Assembly (NCBI GenBank): GCA_050949565.1 | Contig: JBMNFY010000017.1 | Location: 512,001-576,000, forward strand | DNA: 64,000 nt | From: Kiritimatiellia bacterium | Lineage (GTDB): Bacteria > Verrucomicrobiota > Kiritimatiellia > RFP12 > UBA1067 | Direction of reading: 5' to 3' | In this document: positions 18,225 through 26,174 of the stretch, piece by piece | How positions within the stretch are numbered: position 1 is the first letter of the stretch | How the letters are laid out: every line of letters starts with the position of its first letter | Position numbers and translations under genes: made by a program | Notes under the pieces: generated by a model | Told to the model about the DNA's origin: nothing | Database searches by the model: none | What the model saw: only the letters and a program-made list of their open reading frames with translations

Positions 18225-20555
18225 ATGAATACACGTCTCGTTTTTTCTTTCGTTGCATGCATGCTTCTCACGGCAGTGATAGAAGCGCGTCCCGTTTGGA
18301 AGGCCCCGGCGCCCGATGCCCAAAGCGTGGTGACGAAGCTTGGCGACGGTACGGAACTGCGCGTCGATGTGCTGGCCGACAACCTCTTCCGTGTGCGTAA
18401 GAGCTGGACCCACCTCAACGGCGCGGTGGTCTGGACCGAGAGCGGACTGAATCGCTACGGGTTCCTGAAGGCCGATTGGCCAAAGACCGCGTTCACGCGT
18501 GAAGGCTCCGCCGTGTCCACAAAGTCGGCCACGCTGACGGTCGATCCGGCGGCGGGGACGCTGCGCTTCAAGTCGAACATTTCTGCGGCAGACTTGACAG
18601 TCACGCCGAAGAATGTCGGCAAGGGGTTCGCGGTCGCGTTCAGCCTCGCGAAGGACGAGCGGATCTATGGCTTCGGCGACTCGGGGCGCGACAACGTGAT
18701 GCGGCGCGGTCACCGTTTCGATCTGTGGGTTCGCAACAACCTCTGCAACATCCCGATCCCGATGGCGGTGAGCCGCAACGGATGGGGCATGCTCCTTAAC
18801 AGCACATGGCGGCACGCGTTTGATTGCGGTGCGAAAGACCCCGATGCATTGATCTGTGAAGGGAATGAAGGCGATGTCGACTTCTACATCTTCGCGGGCG
18901 GGGACTACCGCGCGCTGCTCGATATCTACACGCAGCTCTCGGGGCGCCCGGCGCTGTTGCCGGTCTGGGGATACGGGTTCACCTTCGTGTGCAACCAGAA
19001 TGTGGATCAGTTCGCGCTCTTGAGCGACGCCATGAACTTCCGCGACCGCGACCTGCCGTGCGATGTCATCGGGCTCGAACCGGGCTGGATGCAGACCTTT
19101 TACGATTTTTCCGTGCGGAAGGAGTGGCATCAGGAGCGGTTCTATTTTCCGTACTGGGCGCCGAAGGGTGACCACACGTTCATCGGTGCGCTGAAGCGGA
19201 TCGGCTTCAAACTCTCGTTGTGGCTGTGCTGCGATTATGACCTCACGCGATACGAGGAGCAGTGCGTGGCGGGTCTTGCCAAAAAAAGCGGGCGGAAGGT
19301 TGATGTGCCGGAGGGTATCACGGAGACGTGGGAGGATGACCGAATTGTCGGCGACGCGGAAAAGAAGGATGAGAAGACGAAGCGGAAGTCTGTCCACAAG
19401 AACAGGATGTATGACCGTCTCTACTGCCCCGAGAACGACTATGAGGAGGGCATGTTGCCGTGGTTCGAGCACCTCAAGAAGTTCGTAGACCAAGGGGCGC
19501 AATGCTTCAAGCTGGATGGATCCCAACAGCTCATGGAGCACCCGAACCGCGCGTGGGCGAACGGTATGAGCGACGAGGAGATGCACAACCTTTACGGCGA
19601 CGTGTACGCCAAGCAGATGGCGCGCGGTTACGAGGACTACACAGGACAGCGGGCGATGGTCTACTCCTCCGGCGGCTACGCAGGTGTGCAGCAGTTCGTT
19701 GCCACATGGGCCGGTGACACAGGCGGCGGGGCGAAGCCGCTCGCGTCGTTGCTGAATCTCGGCATCTCGGGCCATTCCAACCAAAGCTGCGACATGACGA
19801 TCGGAAATATCGAGTCCCTGCACTTTGGATTCCTTCAGACATGGAGCCAGCAGAACAACTGGGATTACTGGCAACAGCCGTGGCTCTATCCGCCGGAGAA
19901 GGTAGCTGTGTTCAGGGCCTACAACCATTTGCGTTACCGTCTCATGCCCTACCTCTACACAACGGCGGCCGAAGCCGCGCGCACCGGGTGGCCCGTGATG
20001 CGCGCACTGCCGTTCGCCTATCCCGATGTCCCGGCATACGATGCGTGCGTAACCACCTACCTGCTGGGGCCAGACCTGCTTGTTTCCGCTTTCACGAAGG
20101 AGATCCAGATCCCCGAAGGGTTGTGGCACGACTGGAAAACGGGCGAGTTGGTGACCGGCCCTTGCAAACGTGCGGTCAAGGTGACGCCGGAGTGGGGCGG
20201 CAGCCTGTTTGTGCGCGCGGGCGCGGTGATCCCGATGTGGGAGAAGAAAGCGCATGTGGACAAAGGCTGGGACGAGATGGTCGAACTGCATGTGTGGATG
20301 GGTGCCGACGGCAAGGGCGACCTCTACGAAGATGACGGCATCTCCCTCGACTACCGTTCGGGCAAGGGCGCGCAGACGACATGCACCTTCAAAGACGGCG
20401 CGTTATCAGTCGGCCCGCGCGTCGGAAGCTTCAAGGGCATGCCGGCCACACGCAAAATGAAGGCCGTCTTTCACAAGACGAACACGCTGGAGACCGTGAC
20501 GGTCGACCTCGGTGATGTCGGCGCTAAGGGAGCTGCTCCCGTCCGGTGTCCGTGA
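18225..20555 (+). CDS. Glycoside hydrolase family 31
   Basis: Signal peptide, ERIYGFG, GRPALLPVWGYG, FKLD nucleophile, WAGD acid/base, LRYRLMPYLY, GWPVMRAL, LYEDDG. Confidence 0.92.
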   Translation: MNTRLVFSFVACMLLTAVIEARPVWKAPAPDAQSVVTKLGDGTELRVDVLADNLFRVRKSWTHLNGAVVWTESGLNRYGFLKADWPKTAFTREGSAVSTKSATLTVDPAAGTLRFKSNISAADLTVTPKNVGKGFAVAFSLAKDERIYGFGDSGRDNVMRRGHRFDLWVRNNLCNIPIPMAVSRNGWGMLLNSTWRHAFDCGAKDPDALICEGNEGDVDFYIFAGGDYRALLDIYTQLSGRPALLPVWGYGFTFVCNQNVDQFALLSDAMNFRDRDLPCDVIGLEPGWMQTFYDFSVRKEWHQERFYFPYWAPKGDHTFIGALKRIGFKLSLWLCCDYDLTRYEEQCVAGLAKKSGRKVDVPEGITETWEDDRIVGDAEKKDEKTKRKSVHKNRMYDRLYCPENDYEEGMLPWFEHLKKFVDQGAQCFKLDGSQQLMEHPNRAWANGMSDEEMHNLYGDVYAKQMARGYEDYTGQRAMVYSSGGYAGVQQFVATWAGDTGGGAKPLASLLNLGISGHSNQSCDMTIGNIESLHFGFLQTWSQQNNWDYWQQPWLYPPEKVAVFRAYNHLRYRLMPYLYTTAAEAARTGWPVMRALPFAYPDVPAYDACVTTYLLGPDLLVSAFTKEIQIPEGLWHDWKTGELVTGPCKRAVKVTPEWGGSLFVRAGAVIPMWEKKAHVDKGWDEMVELHVWMGADGKGDLYEDDGISLDYRSGKGAQTTCTFKDGALSVGPRVGSFKGMPATRKMKAVFHKTNTLETVTVDLGDVGAKGAAPVRCP

Positions 20556-21408
20556 GATAAAGCTGCGCATCAAGCGCGGCGCGCATAGCGGCGGTGTCTG
20601 CGTCGCGGCCGGTCCACTCGCGGAATGCCGCCGCGCCTTGATACACCAGCATGCCCGCGCCGTTGACCGCATCCGCGCCGGCGGCAAGGGCTGAGCGCAT
20701 CGTGGGCGTGACGCGCTGCGTATAGACGATGTCGTAGAGGAACTGGCCACGCCGGAAGGCTTCGGGCGGCAACAGCGGCGCGTCATCGGCATGCAGCCCG
20801 GTGGTCGTACACTGCACCACCAGATCGGCCTCCCGGCAGGCCGCGCTCCACGCCGCAGGCTCTGACGCGAGTACGCGGATCTCGGCCGGTGCATCGGGCA
20901 GGTGTTCGGCGATCTCTACCGCCACTTGCTCAGCCTTGGCCAGTGTCCGGTTGGCCAGCGCGATCTCGGCGGCCCCGCAGTGTGCACAGGCAATCGCCAA
21001 TGTGCGGCCAGCGCCGCCACATCCAAGAATCATCACACGCGCCGCCTCGGGCGAGCGGCGGTAGTTCACAGCAAGATCCTCAAGAAAACCCTCTGCGTCG
21101 GTGTTGACGCCGGTAAGTCCGGCGGCATCGATGCGCACCGTGTTCACGGCACCGTAGAGACGTGCTGAGGCATCGAGATGATCCATCCCGTCCAACACGG
21201 CCGTCTTGTGAGGAACCGTCACATTCAAGCCGGCATAGCCCTCCCGTCGGCACGTCGCCAGGCATGCGCCCAGTGCCTCGGGCGCGACATCCATGCAGTC
21301 ATACGACGCATCGATGCCGAGCGCCCGAAACGAGGCCTCGTGCATGACCGGCGAAAGCGAGTGCTTCACCGGATGACCGAGCAGCGCAAACCGGAGCGAC
21401 GGGGACAT
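20524..21408 (-). CDS. aroE: Shikimate dehydrogenase
   Basis: GHPVKHSLSP, NVTVPHK, GAVNT, NTDAEGF, GCGGAG, GAGMLVYQG. Confidence 0.95.
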   Translation of the reverse strand: MSPSLRFALLGHPVKHSLSPVMHEASFRALGIDASYDCMDVAPEALGACLATCRREGYAGLNVTVPHKTAVLDGMDHLDASARLYGAVNTVRIDAAGLTGVNTDAEGFLEDLAVNYRRSPEAARVMILGCGGAGRTLAIACAHCGAAEIALANRTLAKAEQVAVEIAEHLPDAPAEIRVLASEPAAWSAACREADLVVQCTTTGLHADDAPLLPPEAFRRGQFLYDIVYTQRVTPTMRSALAAGADAVNGAGMLVYQGAAAFREWTGRDADTAAMRAALDAQLYLTDTGREQLP

Positions 21409-21415
21409 GGCGGCA

Positions 21416-21919
21416 TCACCCTTTCGCGGCGGACGCCCCCGGCGCCTCGCGTCCTACTGCGATCACGCCAGTGCGCGAGATATCCACAATGGAATAGGGC
21501 TTCATCAAGCACAAGAAGTCGGCCACAGTCTCCTGATTGCCGACCATCTGGATCGTCACCGAGTCCTCTTGCACGGACACCACATGTCCCCTGAAGAGCG
21601 CTGCCAGATCCACGATCTCGGCGCGCGCGTTGTGGCTCTCGGTCGCGACGCGCACCAGAATCAATTCACGATCCAAGTGGCGGCGATTGGTCATGTTCAC
21701 CACTTCGATCACATCAATCTGCTTGGACAACTGATGAGTCACCTGCTCAATGACGTGGCTGTCTCCCGGCACCACGATCGTCATCTTGGAGACGGTCGGG
21801 TCCTCGGTGGGCCCCACATTGAGCGTTTCGATATTGTAGCCGCGCCCCGAGATCAACCCCACAATACGCGCCAGCACGCCGGGTTGGTTCTCCACAAGAC
21901 AATTGATGATATGCTTCAT
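21416..21919 (-). CDS. ilvN: Acetolactate synthase small (regulatory) subunit
   Basis: ACT domain VENQPGVLARIVGL..RGYNIETL; directly downstream of the large subunit. Confidence 0.93.
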   Translation of the reverse strand: MKHIINCLVENQPGVLARIVGLISGRGYNIETLNVGPTEDPTVSKMTIVVPGDSHVIEQVTHQLSKQIDVIEVVNMTNRRHLDRELILVRVATESHNARAEIVDLAALFRGHVVSVQEDSVTIQMVGNQETVADFLCLMKPYSIVDISRTGVIAVGREAPGASAAKG

Positions 21920-21968
21920 ACTTTTCATCCGGATGTTCGAACGTTAAAGACCTCAATCCCTTCGCCGC

Positions 21969-23732
21969 CTACACCGTGCGGTTGATGATCTCCGCCACAT
22001 GCGCACCGGGCGGGATCATAGGGAACACGTTGGCCTCGGGTGCTACGATGCACTCGATCACCCACGTTTTGCCGCTGGCCAACGCTTCGCGCAAGGCCGG
22101 GCCAACCTCTTCTTCCTTAAAGACCCGCCGGGCACACGCGCCGTGCGCCTCGGCCATCTTGATGAAGTCCGGCAGATAGCCCGACGTCTCCGCAACCTGT
22201 TCGTTGGGTGCGCGGCCCTTCTGGCTAAGCACCACGCCCGAGTAGCGGCGATCGTAAAACAATTCCTGCCACTGGCGCACCATGCCGAGGAACCCGTTGT
22301 TAAGGATGACCACCACGACCGGTATCTGATGCTCCACCGCCACCACGAGTTCCTGAAAGTTCATCTGCACGCCGCCGTCGCCGGTCACACAGACCACAGG
22401 CGCGCCGCGCCGCCCGAACTGCGCACCAATCGCGGCCGGCAACCCGAAGCCCATCGTGCCGAGGCCACCTGATGTAATGAAGTTGCGCGGACGCGTGTAG
22501 CGGAAAAACTGCGCAGCCCACATCTGGTTCTGGCCCACGTCGGTCACCACCACTGCCTTGCCCTCACTGACCGCATCGATTTGCTCGATCACGAACTGCG
22601 GCATCAGCGCATCATCATTCTTCGGGTAGGTGAACGGGAAGCGCTCCTTCCAGCGGTTCACCTTCTCAAGCCATTCGGTGTGCTCGGCCGGCTTCACGAG
22701 CGGCAACACCGCCTCCAGCACCGGCTTGACATAACCATGCACGCCGAGGTCGGAGCGCACGCTCTTGCTGATTGAAGAGCGGTCGATATCGATGTGCACG
22801 ATGGTCGCTTTGTTCGCAAATGCCGAGATCTTGCCGGTCACCCGGTCGTCGAAACGTGCACCGGCCGCGATCAGCAGATCGCAATGATCCACCGCATAGT
22901 TGGCGGCCACGCTGCCGTGCATGCCTAACATGTGGAGCGAGAGCGGATCGGTCTCCGGGAAAACACCGAGCGCCATGAGCGTCGTGGTCACGGGAATGTT
23001 GGCCTTGTGCGCTAACTGCGCGAGCGCCTCAGCCGCATTGCCGCTGATCGCGCCACCGCCCACGTAAAGCAGCGGCCGCGATGCGTTGTTAATCAACTCG
23101 GCAAACTGCGCGATCTCCGCCTCGTTGATTGGCACATCAGGACGGTAGGAGCGCATGGTCACTGTCTCGGGCGTCAGTGCCGCCGTCATCTGCTTCTGGA
23201 CGTTCTTGGGGATGTCGATCACCACGGGACCGGGCTTGCCTGTCGTGGCGATATAGAAGGCTTTGGCGATGATACCGGGCAGATCGTCCGCACTGCGCAC
23301 AAGGAAGTTATGCTTGGTGACCGGACGCGTGATGCCAATCACGTCGGCTTCCTGAAAGGCGTCATTGCCGATCATGTCGAGCGCCACCTGTCCGGTGATA
23401 CACACCAACGGAACGCCATCCATATAGGCGGTGGCCAGACCGGTCACGGTATTGGTGGCACCGGGCCCCGAGGTCACCAGACAGCACCCCGGCTTGCCGG
23501 TGGCGCGAGCGTAACCGTCCGCCATATGCACAGCGCCCTGCTCGTGGCGCGAGAGAACGAAGTTGAACGGTGCCTCGTAGAGACAGTTGAAGATATCGAG
23601 GACCGCGCCTCCAGGATACCCGAAGAGCACCTCGCACCCCGCCTTAATGAGCCCATCGACCACGCATTGCGCGCCCGACCTGAGTGGCTGCTTCTCTGCG
23701 GATGACATGTCTGTATCTGTCTTGTTCTTCAT
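21969..23732 (-). CDS. ilvB: Acetolactate synthase large subunit
   Basis: FGYPGGA, RHEQGA, TSGPGATN, RFDDRVTG, SGGLGTMGFG, GDGG..NN TPP motif. Confidence 0.96.
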   Translation of the reverse strand: MKNKTDTDMSSAEKQPLRSGAQCVVDGLIKAGCEVLFGYPGGAVLDIFNCLYEAPFNFVLSRHEQGAVHMADGYARATGKPGCCLVTSGPGATNTVTGLATAYMDGVPLVCITGQVALDMIGNDAFQEADVIGITRPVTKHNFLVRSADDLPGIIAKAFYIATTGKPGPVVIDIPKNVQKQMTAALTPETVTMRSYRPDVPINEAEIAQFAELINNASRPLLYVGGGAISGNAAEALAQLAHKANIPVTTTLMALGVFPETDPLSLHMLGMHGSVAANYAVDHCDLLIAAGARFDDRVTGKISAFANKATIVHIDIDRSSISKSVRSDLGVHGYVKPVLEAVLPLVKPAEHTEWLEKVNRWKERFPFTYPKNDDALMPQFVIEQIDAVSEGKAVVVTDVGQNQMWAAQFFRYTRPRNFITSGGLGTMGFGLPAAIGAQFGRRGAPVVCVTGDGGVQMNFQELVVAVEHQIPVVVVILNNGFLGMVRQWQELFYDRRYSGVVLSQKGRAPNEQVAETSGYLPDFIKMAEAHGACARRVFKEEEVGPALREALASGKTWVIECIVAPEANVFPMIPPGAHVAEIINRTV

Positions 23733-23763
23733 ACTTCCCTCACTTGCTTGCAGTCCCGAATAC

Positions 23764-23799
23764 GCAAAAACCCGCCGCGGTTTCCGCCGGCGGGTTTCT
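23764..23799 (-). terminator. Attenuator terminator hairpin of the ilvBN leader
   Basis: Minus strand AAACCCGCCG-loop-CGGCGGG followed by TTTTT, lying between the leader ORF and ilvB. Confidence 0.85.
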
Positions 23800-23829
23800 G
23801 TTCACAAAAGCACTTATCCAGTTGCTCAG

Positions 23830-23928
23830 TTATGAACCCGCACGGCACGCCAACAATACAGCGCCCGTAACCAACCCGATAACGGGCAGGCCGTTCACAA
23901 CCACAATAATGGAACCTTGTGCTTTCAT
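23830..23928 (-). CDS. ilv operon leader peptide (32 aa)
   Basis: MKAQGSIIVVVNGLPVIGLVTGAVLLACRAGS*, with 13 of 32 residues Ile/Val/Leu. Its 3' end GCGGGTTC can pair with the 5' arm of the terminator. Confidence 0.8.
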   Translation of the reverse strand: MKAQGSIIVVVNGLPVIGLVTGAVLLACRAGS

Positions 23929-23939
23929 CAGTGTTGGGA

Positions 23940-23968
23940 ATGTTAGCGGATCATAGCCGGGGCGTCAA
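23940..23968 (-). promoter_or_regulatory. Sigma70-type promoter for the ilv leader
   Basis: TTGACG-17 nt-TAACAT on the minus strand, 11 nt upstream of the leader ATG. Confidence 0.65.
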
Positions 23969-23985
23969 GCGGACGAGAACAATTT

Positions 23986-24180
23986 TCGGGTTTCAGGGTT
24001 TCAGGGCTTCAGGGCTGATGCCGGGGGTTGTCTTCTGGCCCAAAAATTTGGAGTGCGGCGGCAAGCGGTATTCCGCGCGACGCCGCTTTCCGAGCACGAG
24101 TGTTTCCGCGCGTAGCCCGGTGCCCATCCTCCCGCCCGTTTTTACACCCATCATTGCGACCACTGGGTGGTCGCAATAAG
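23986..24180. repeat. Intergenic repeat mosaic: (TCAGGGT/C)n, GGAGTGCGGCGGCAAGC..GCGACGCCGCT REP-like unit, ATTGCGACCAC..GTGGTCGCAAT palindrome
   Basis: Palindrome module 24139-24179 recurs, inverted, inside the 427-bp elements at about 46754 and 48390. Confidence 0.8.
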
Positions 24181-24204
24181 CCAACTCCGCCGCCGGGCGG
24201 CGGC

Positions 24205-25362
24205 TCAACGCTTTCTCTTCTTGCTCTTCTTACGAGACAGATCCAGAAAAGGCGCGCGCGACAATGCATGCTCCGGCAGCGCGTCAGCCTCAGGATCGAC
24301 TGGCTCGTCGTCGGTATGATCCGGCGGCACGTCAGCCGTCTCCCAGGCTCCTTTAGGGACTGGTTTGAGCAACTCCCACAGGCGCTGCTTGAAGGTGGCC
24401 ACGCCCGCATCACCGGGATCAAGCGCGGAGATCGGTAGCGGAGAGACGCCGGTTTCCTTGATGAAACGCGGCAGGTTGGTGACTGCCGCATCCTCGTCCA
24501 TCTTGTTGGCGAGCACCAAGGCGGGGCGTTCGAGCAACTCTGCGTCGTGCTGCTTAACCTCGTGACGTAGCGCGAAGTAATCATCCCAAGGCTTGCGGTT
24601 ATCCGTACCGGCCATGTCGATGACATAGACCAGCACACGCGAGCGGGCGATGTGTTTGAGGAAATCGGTGCCGAGCCCGACACCCGATGCCGCGCCCTCG
24701 ATGATACCGGGCACATCGGCCACGCGAAGCTGCGAAAAGTCCGGGTAGCAGATCGTGCCGACGATCGGGTTGAGTGTCGTGAACGGGTAACTGGCAATTT
24801 TCGGGCGGGCCGCGCTGACACACGCGAGCAACGAGGATTTGCCGGCGTTGGGGAAGCCGAGCAGGCCGGCATCCGCGACGGTCTTCAACTCTAGCCGCAG
24901 CCGGAACTCCTCGCCCGGCTCACCGGGCGTATATTCGGTCGGCGCCTGATGGGTCGAGGTTTTGAAATGAACGTTACCGAGGCCCCCCTCGCCGCCGCGC
25001 GCGATGATAACCTCTTGCCCGTCTTCCACGACATCCGCGACCAGTTCGTTCGTCTCGGCGTCAAAGACCGAGGTGCCGCACGGCACCGGCACGAGCAGGT
25101 CATCACCGGCACGCCCATACATTTTCTGGCCGCGCCCAGGCACACCGTCCTCGGCGAACAGCAGCGGGGAAAAGTAGAGCGCGACCAGAGAGTTGACGTC
25201 GTGACTACCGCGAAAAATCACATGGCCGCCGCGACCGCCGTCGCCGCCATCCGGACCACCCTCCGGCACGTACGCCTCACGCCGGAAGCTGTTGCTGCCG
25301 TCGCCGCCTTTGCCGGCCCGCACCTGGACTGTTACTTGGTCTATAAACGTACGTGTTTTCAC
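24205..25362 (-). CDS. obgE: GTPase ObgE/CgtA
   Basis: Gly-rich Obg domain GGPDGGDGGRGG, GFPNAGKSS, YPFTTL, DVPG, NKMD; downstream of rplU-rpmA. Confidence 0.97.
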   Translation of the reverse strand: MKTRTFIDQVTVQVRAGKGGDGSNSFRREAYVPEGGPDGGDGGRGGHVIFRGSHDVNSLVALYFSPLLFAEDGVPGRGQKMYGRAGDDLLVPVPCGTSVFDAETNELVADVVEDGQEVIIARGGEGGLGNVHFKTSTHQAPTEYTPGEPGEEFRLRLELKTVADAGLLGFPNAGKSSLLACVSAARPKIASYPFTTLNPIVGTICYPDFSQLRVADVPGIIEGAASGVGLGTDFLKHIARSRVLVYVIDMAGTDNRKPWDDYFALRHEVKQHDAELLERPALVLANKMDEDAAVTNLPRFIKETGVSPLPISALDPGDAGVATFKQRLWELLKPVPKGAWETADVPPDHTDDEPVDPEADALPEHALSRAPFLDLSRKKSKKRKR

Positions 25363-25469
25363 GGTTTCACTTCACGCGTCCGCCCTAGACGCAAAACGGC
25401 ACCGCCAAGGGTGCCGTCGGCCTTCGCACGCCAGAGCGGCGGCAAAGGAATCACAAGGAACCGTCGCGC

Positions 25470-25718
25470 TTACTCCGCCGCTTCAGCGACGGGGAACACG
25501 CTGACGATCTTGCCTTCTTTCTGGAATTTCACGACGCCGTCGATCAGCGCGAACAGGGTGAAATCACGTCCACAGCCGACATTCTCGCCGGGATGGATCT
25601 TGGTTCCACGCTGGCGGGTAATGATCGACCCCGCCCGAATAACCTGTCCATCATAGCGCTTGACGCCCAAACGTTTGGCGTTACTGTCACGCCCGTTTCT
25701 TGATGCTGCACCTGCCAT
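25470..25718 (-). CDS. rpmA: 50S ribosomal protein L27
   Basis: [41 protein letters not shown]; GAGGAG RBS. Confidence 0.96.
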   Translation of the reverse strand: MAGAASRNGRDSNAKRLGVKRYDGQVIRAGSIITRQRGTKIHPGENVGCGRDFTLFALIDGVVKFQKEGKIVSVFPVAEAAE

Positions 25719-25735
25719 AACTCACACTCCTCTGT

Positions 25736-26050
25736 TTAGGCGATCGCCTTGACCGTCGCGACCGTCAACTCCTGACGGTGCCCGATCCTGCGGGCGTAAC
25801 CCTTACGGCGCTTCTTTTTGAAATTAATCAGTTTCTTGCCGCGCTTGTGGCCGACGATGGTCAAGGTCACCTTCGCGTCCTTCACGTACGGCATGCCGAT
25901 CTTCAGCTCGGTGCCGTCGGAACAAGCCAGAACTGTGTCCAGTTCCACGTCCTGCCCGGCCTCGACATCCAAACGCTCGATCTCAATCGTGTCACCCGCG
26001 GCCACGCGATACTGCTTGCCACCGGTTTCTAAAACCGCATACGCATCCAT
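25736..26050 (-). CDS. rplU: 50S ribosomal protein L21
   Basis: YAVLETGGKQYRV..KKKRRKGY..GHRQ; start at ATG 26050. Confidence 0.96.
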   Translation of the reverse strand: MDAYAVLETGGKQYRVAAGDTIEIERLDVEAGQDVELDTVLACSDGTELKIGMPYVKDAKVTLTIVGHKRGKKLINFKKKRRKGYARRIGHRQELTVATVKAIA

Positions 26051-26174
26051 GTTATGATCCTTCATCGATGAGGAATTCGTCAACTCCGGAAACCTTCCCA
26101 CCGGAACGAATAGAACGTATAAGTTATCCGATTCGCGCACAGACTGTCAAGCGGCCTTCCAGTATTTTTTCGGC

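Noticed and set aside
18153-20291. Long antisense ORFs (e.g. 18153-20291, 7111-8568, 2085-3146, 40557-41783)
   Set aside because: Shadow ORFs opposite well-supported genes, as expected in high-GC codon-biased DNA.
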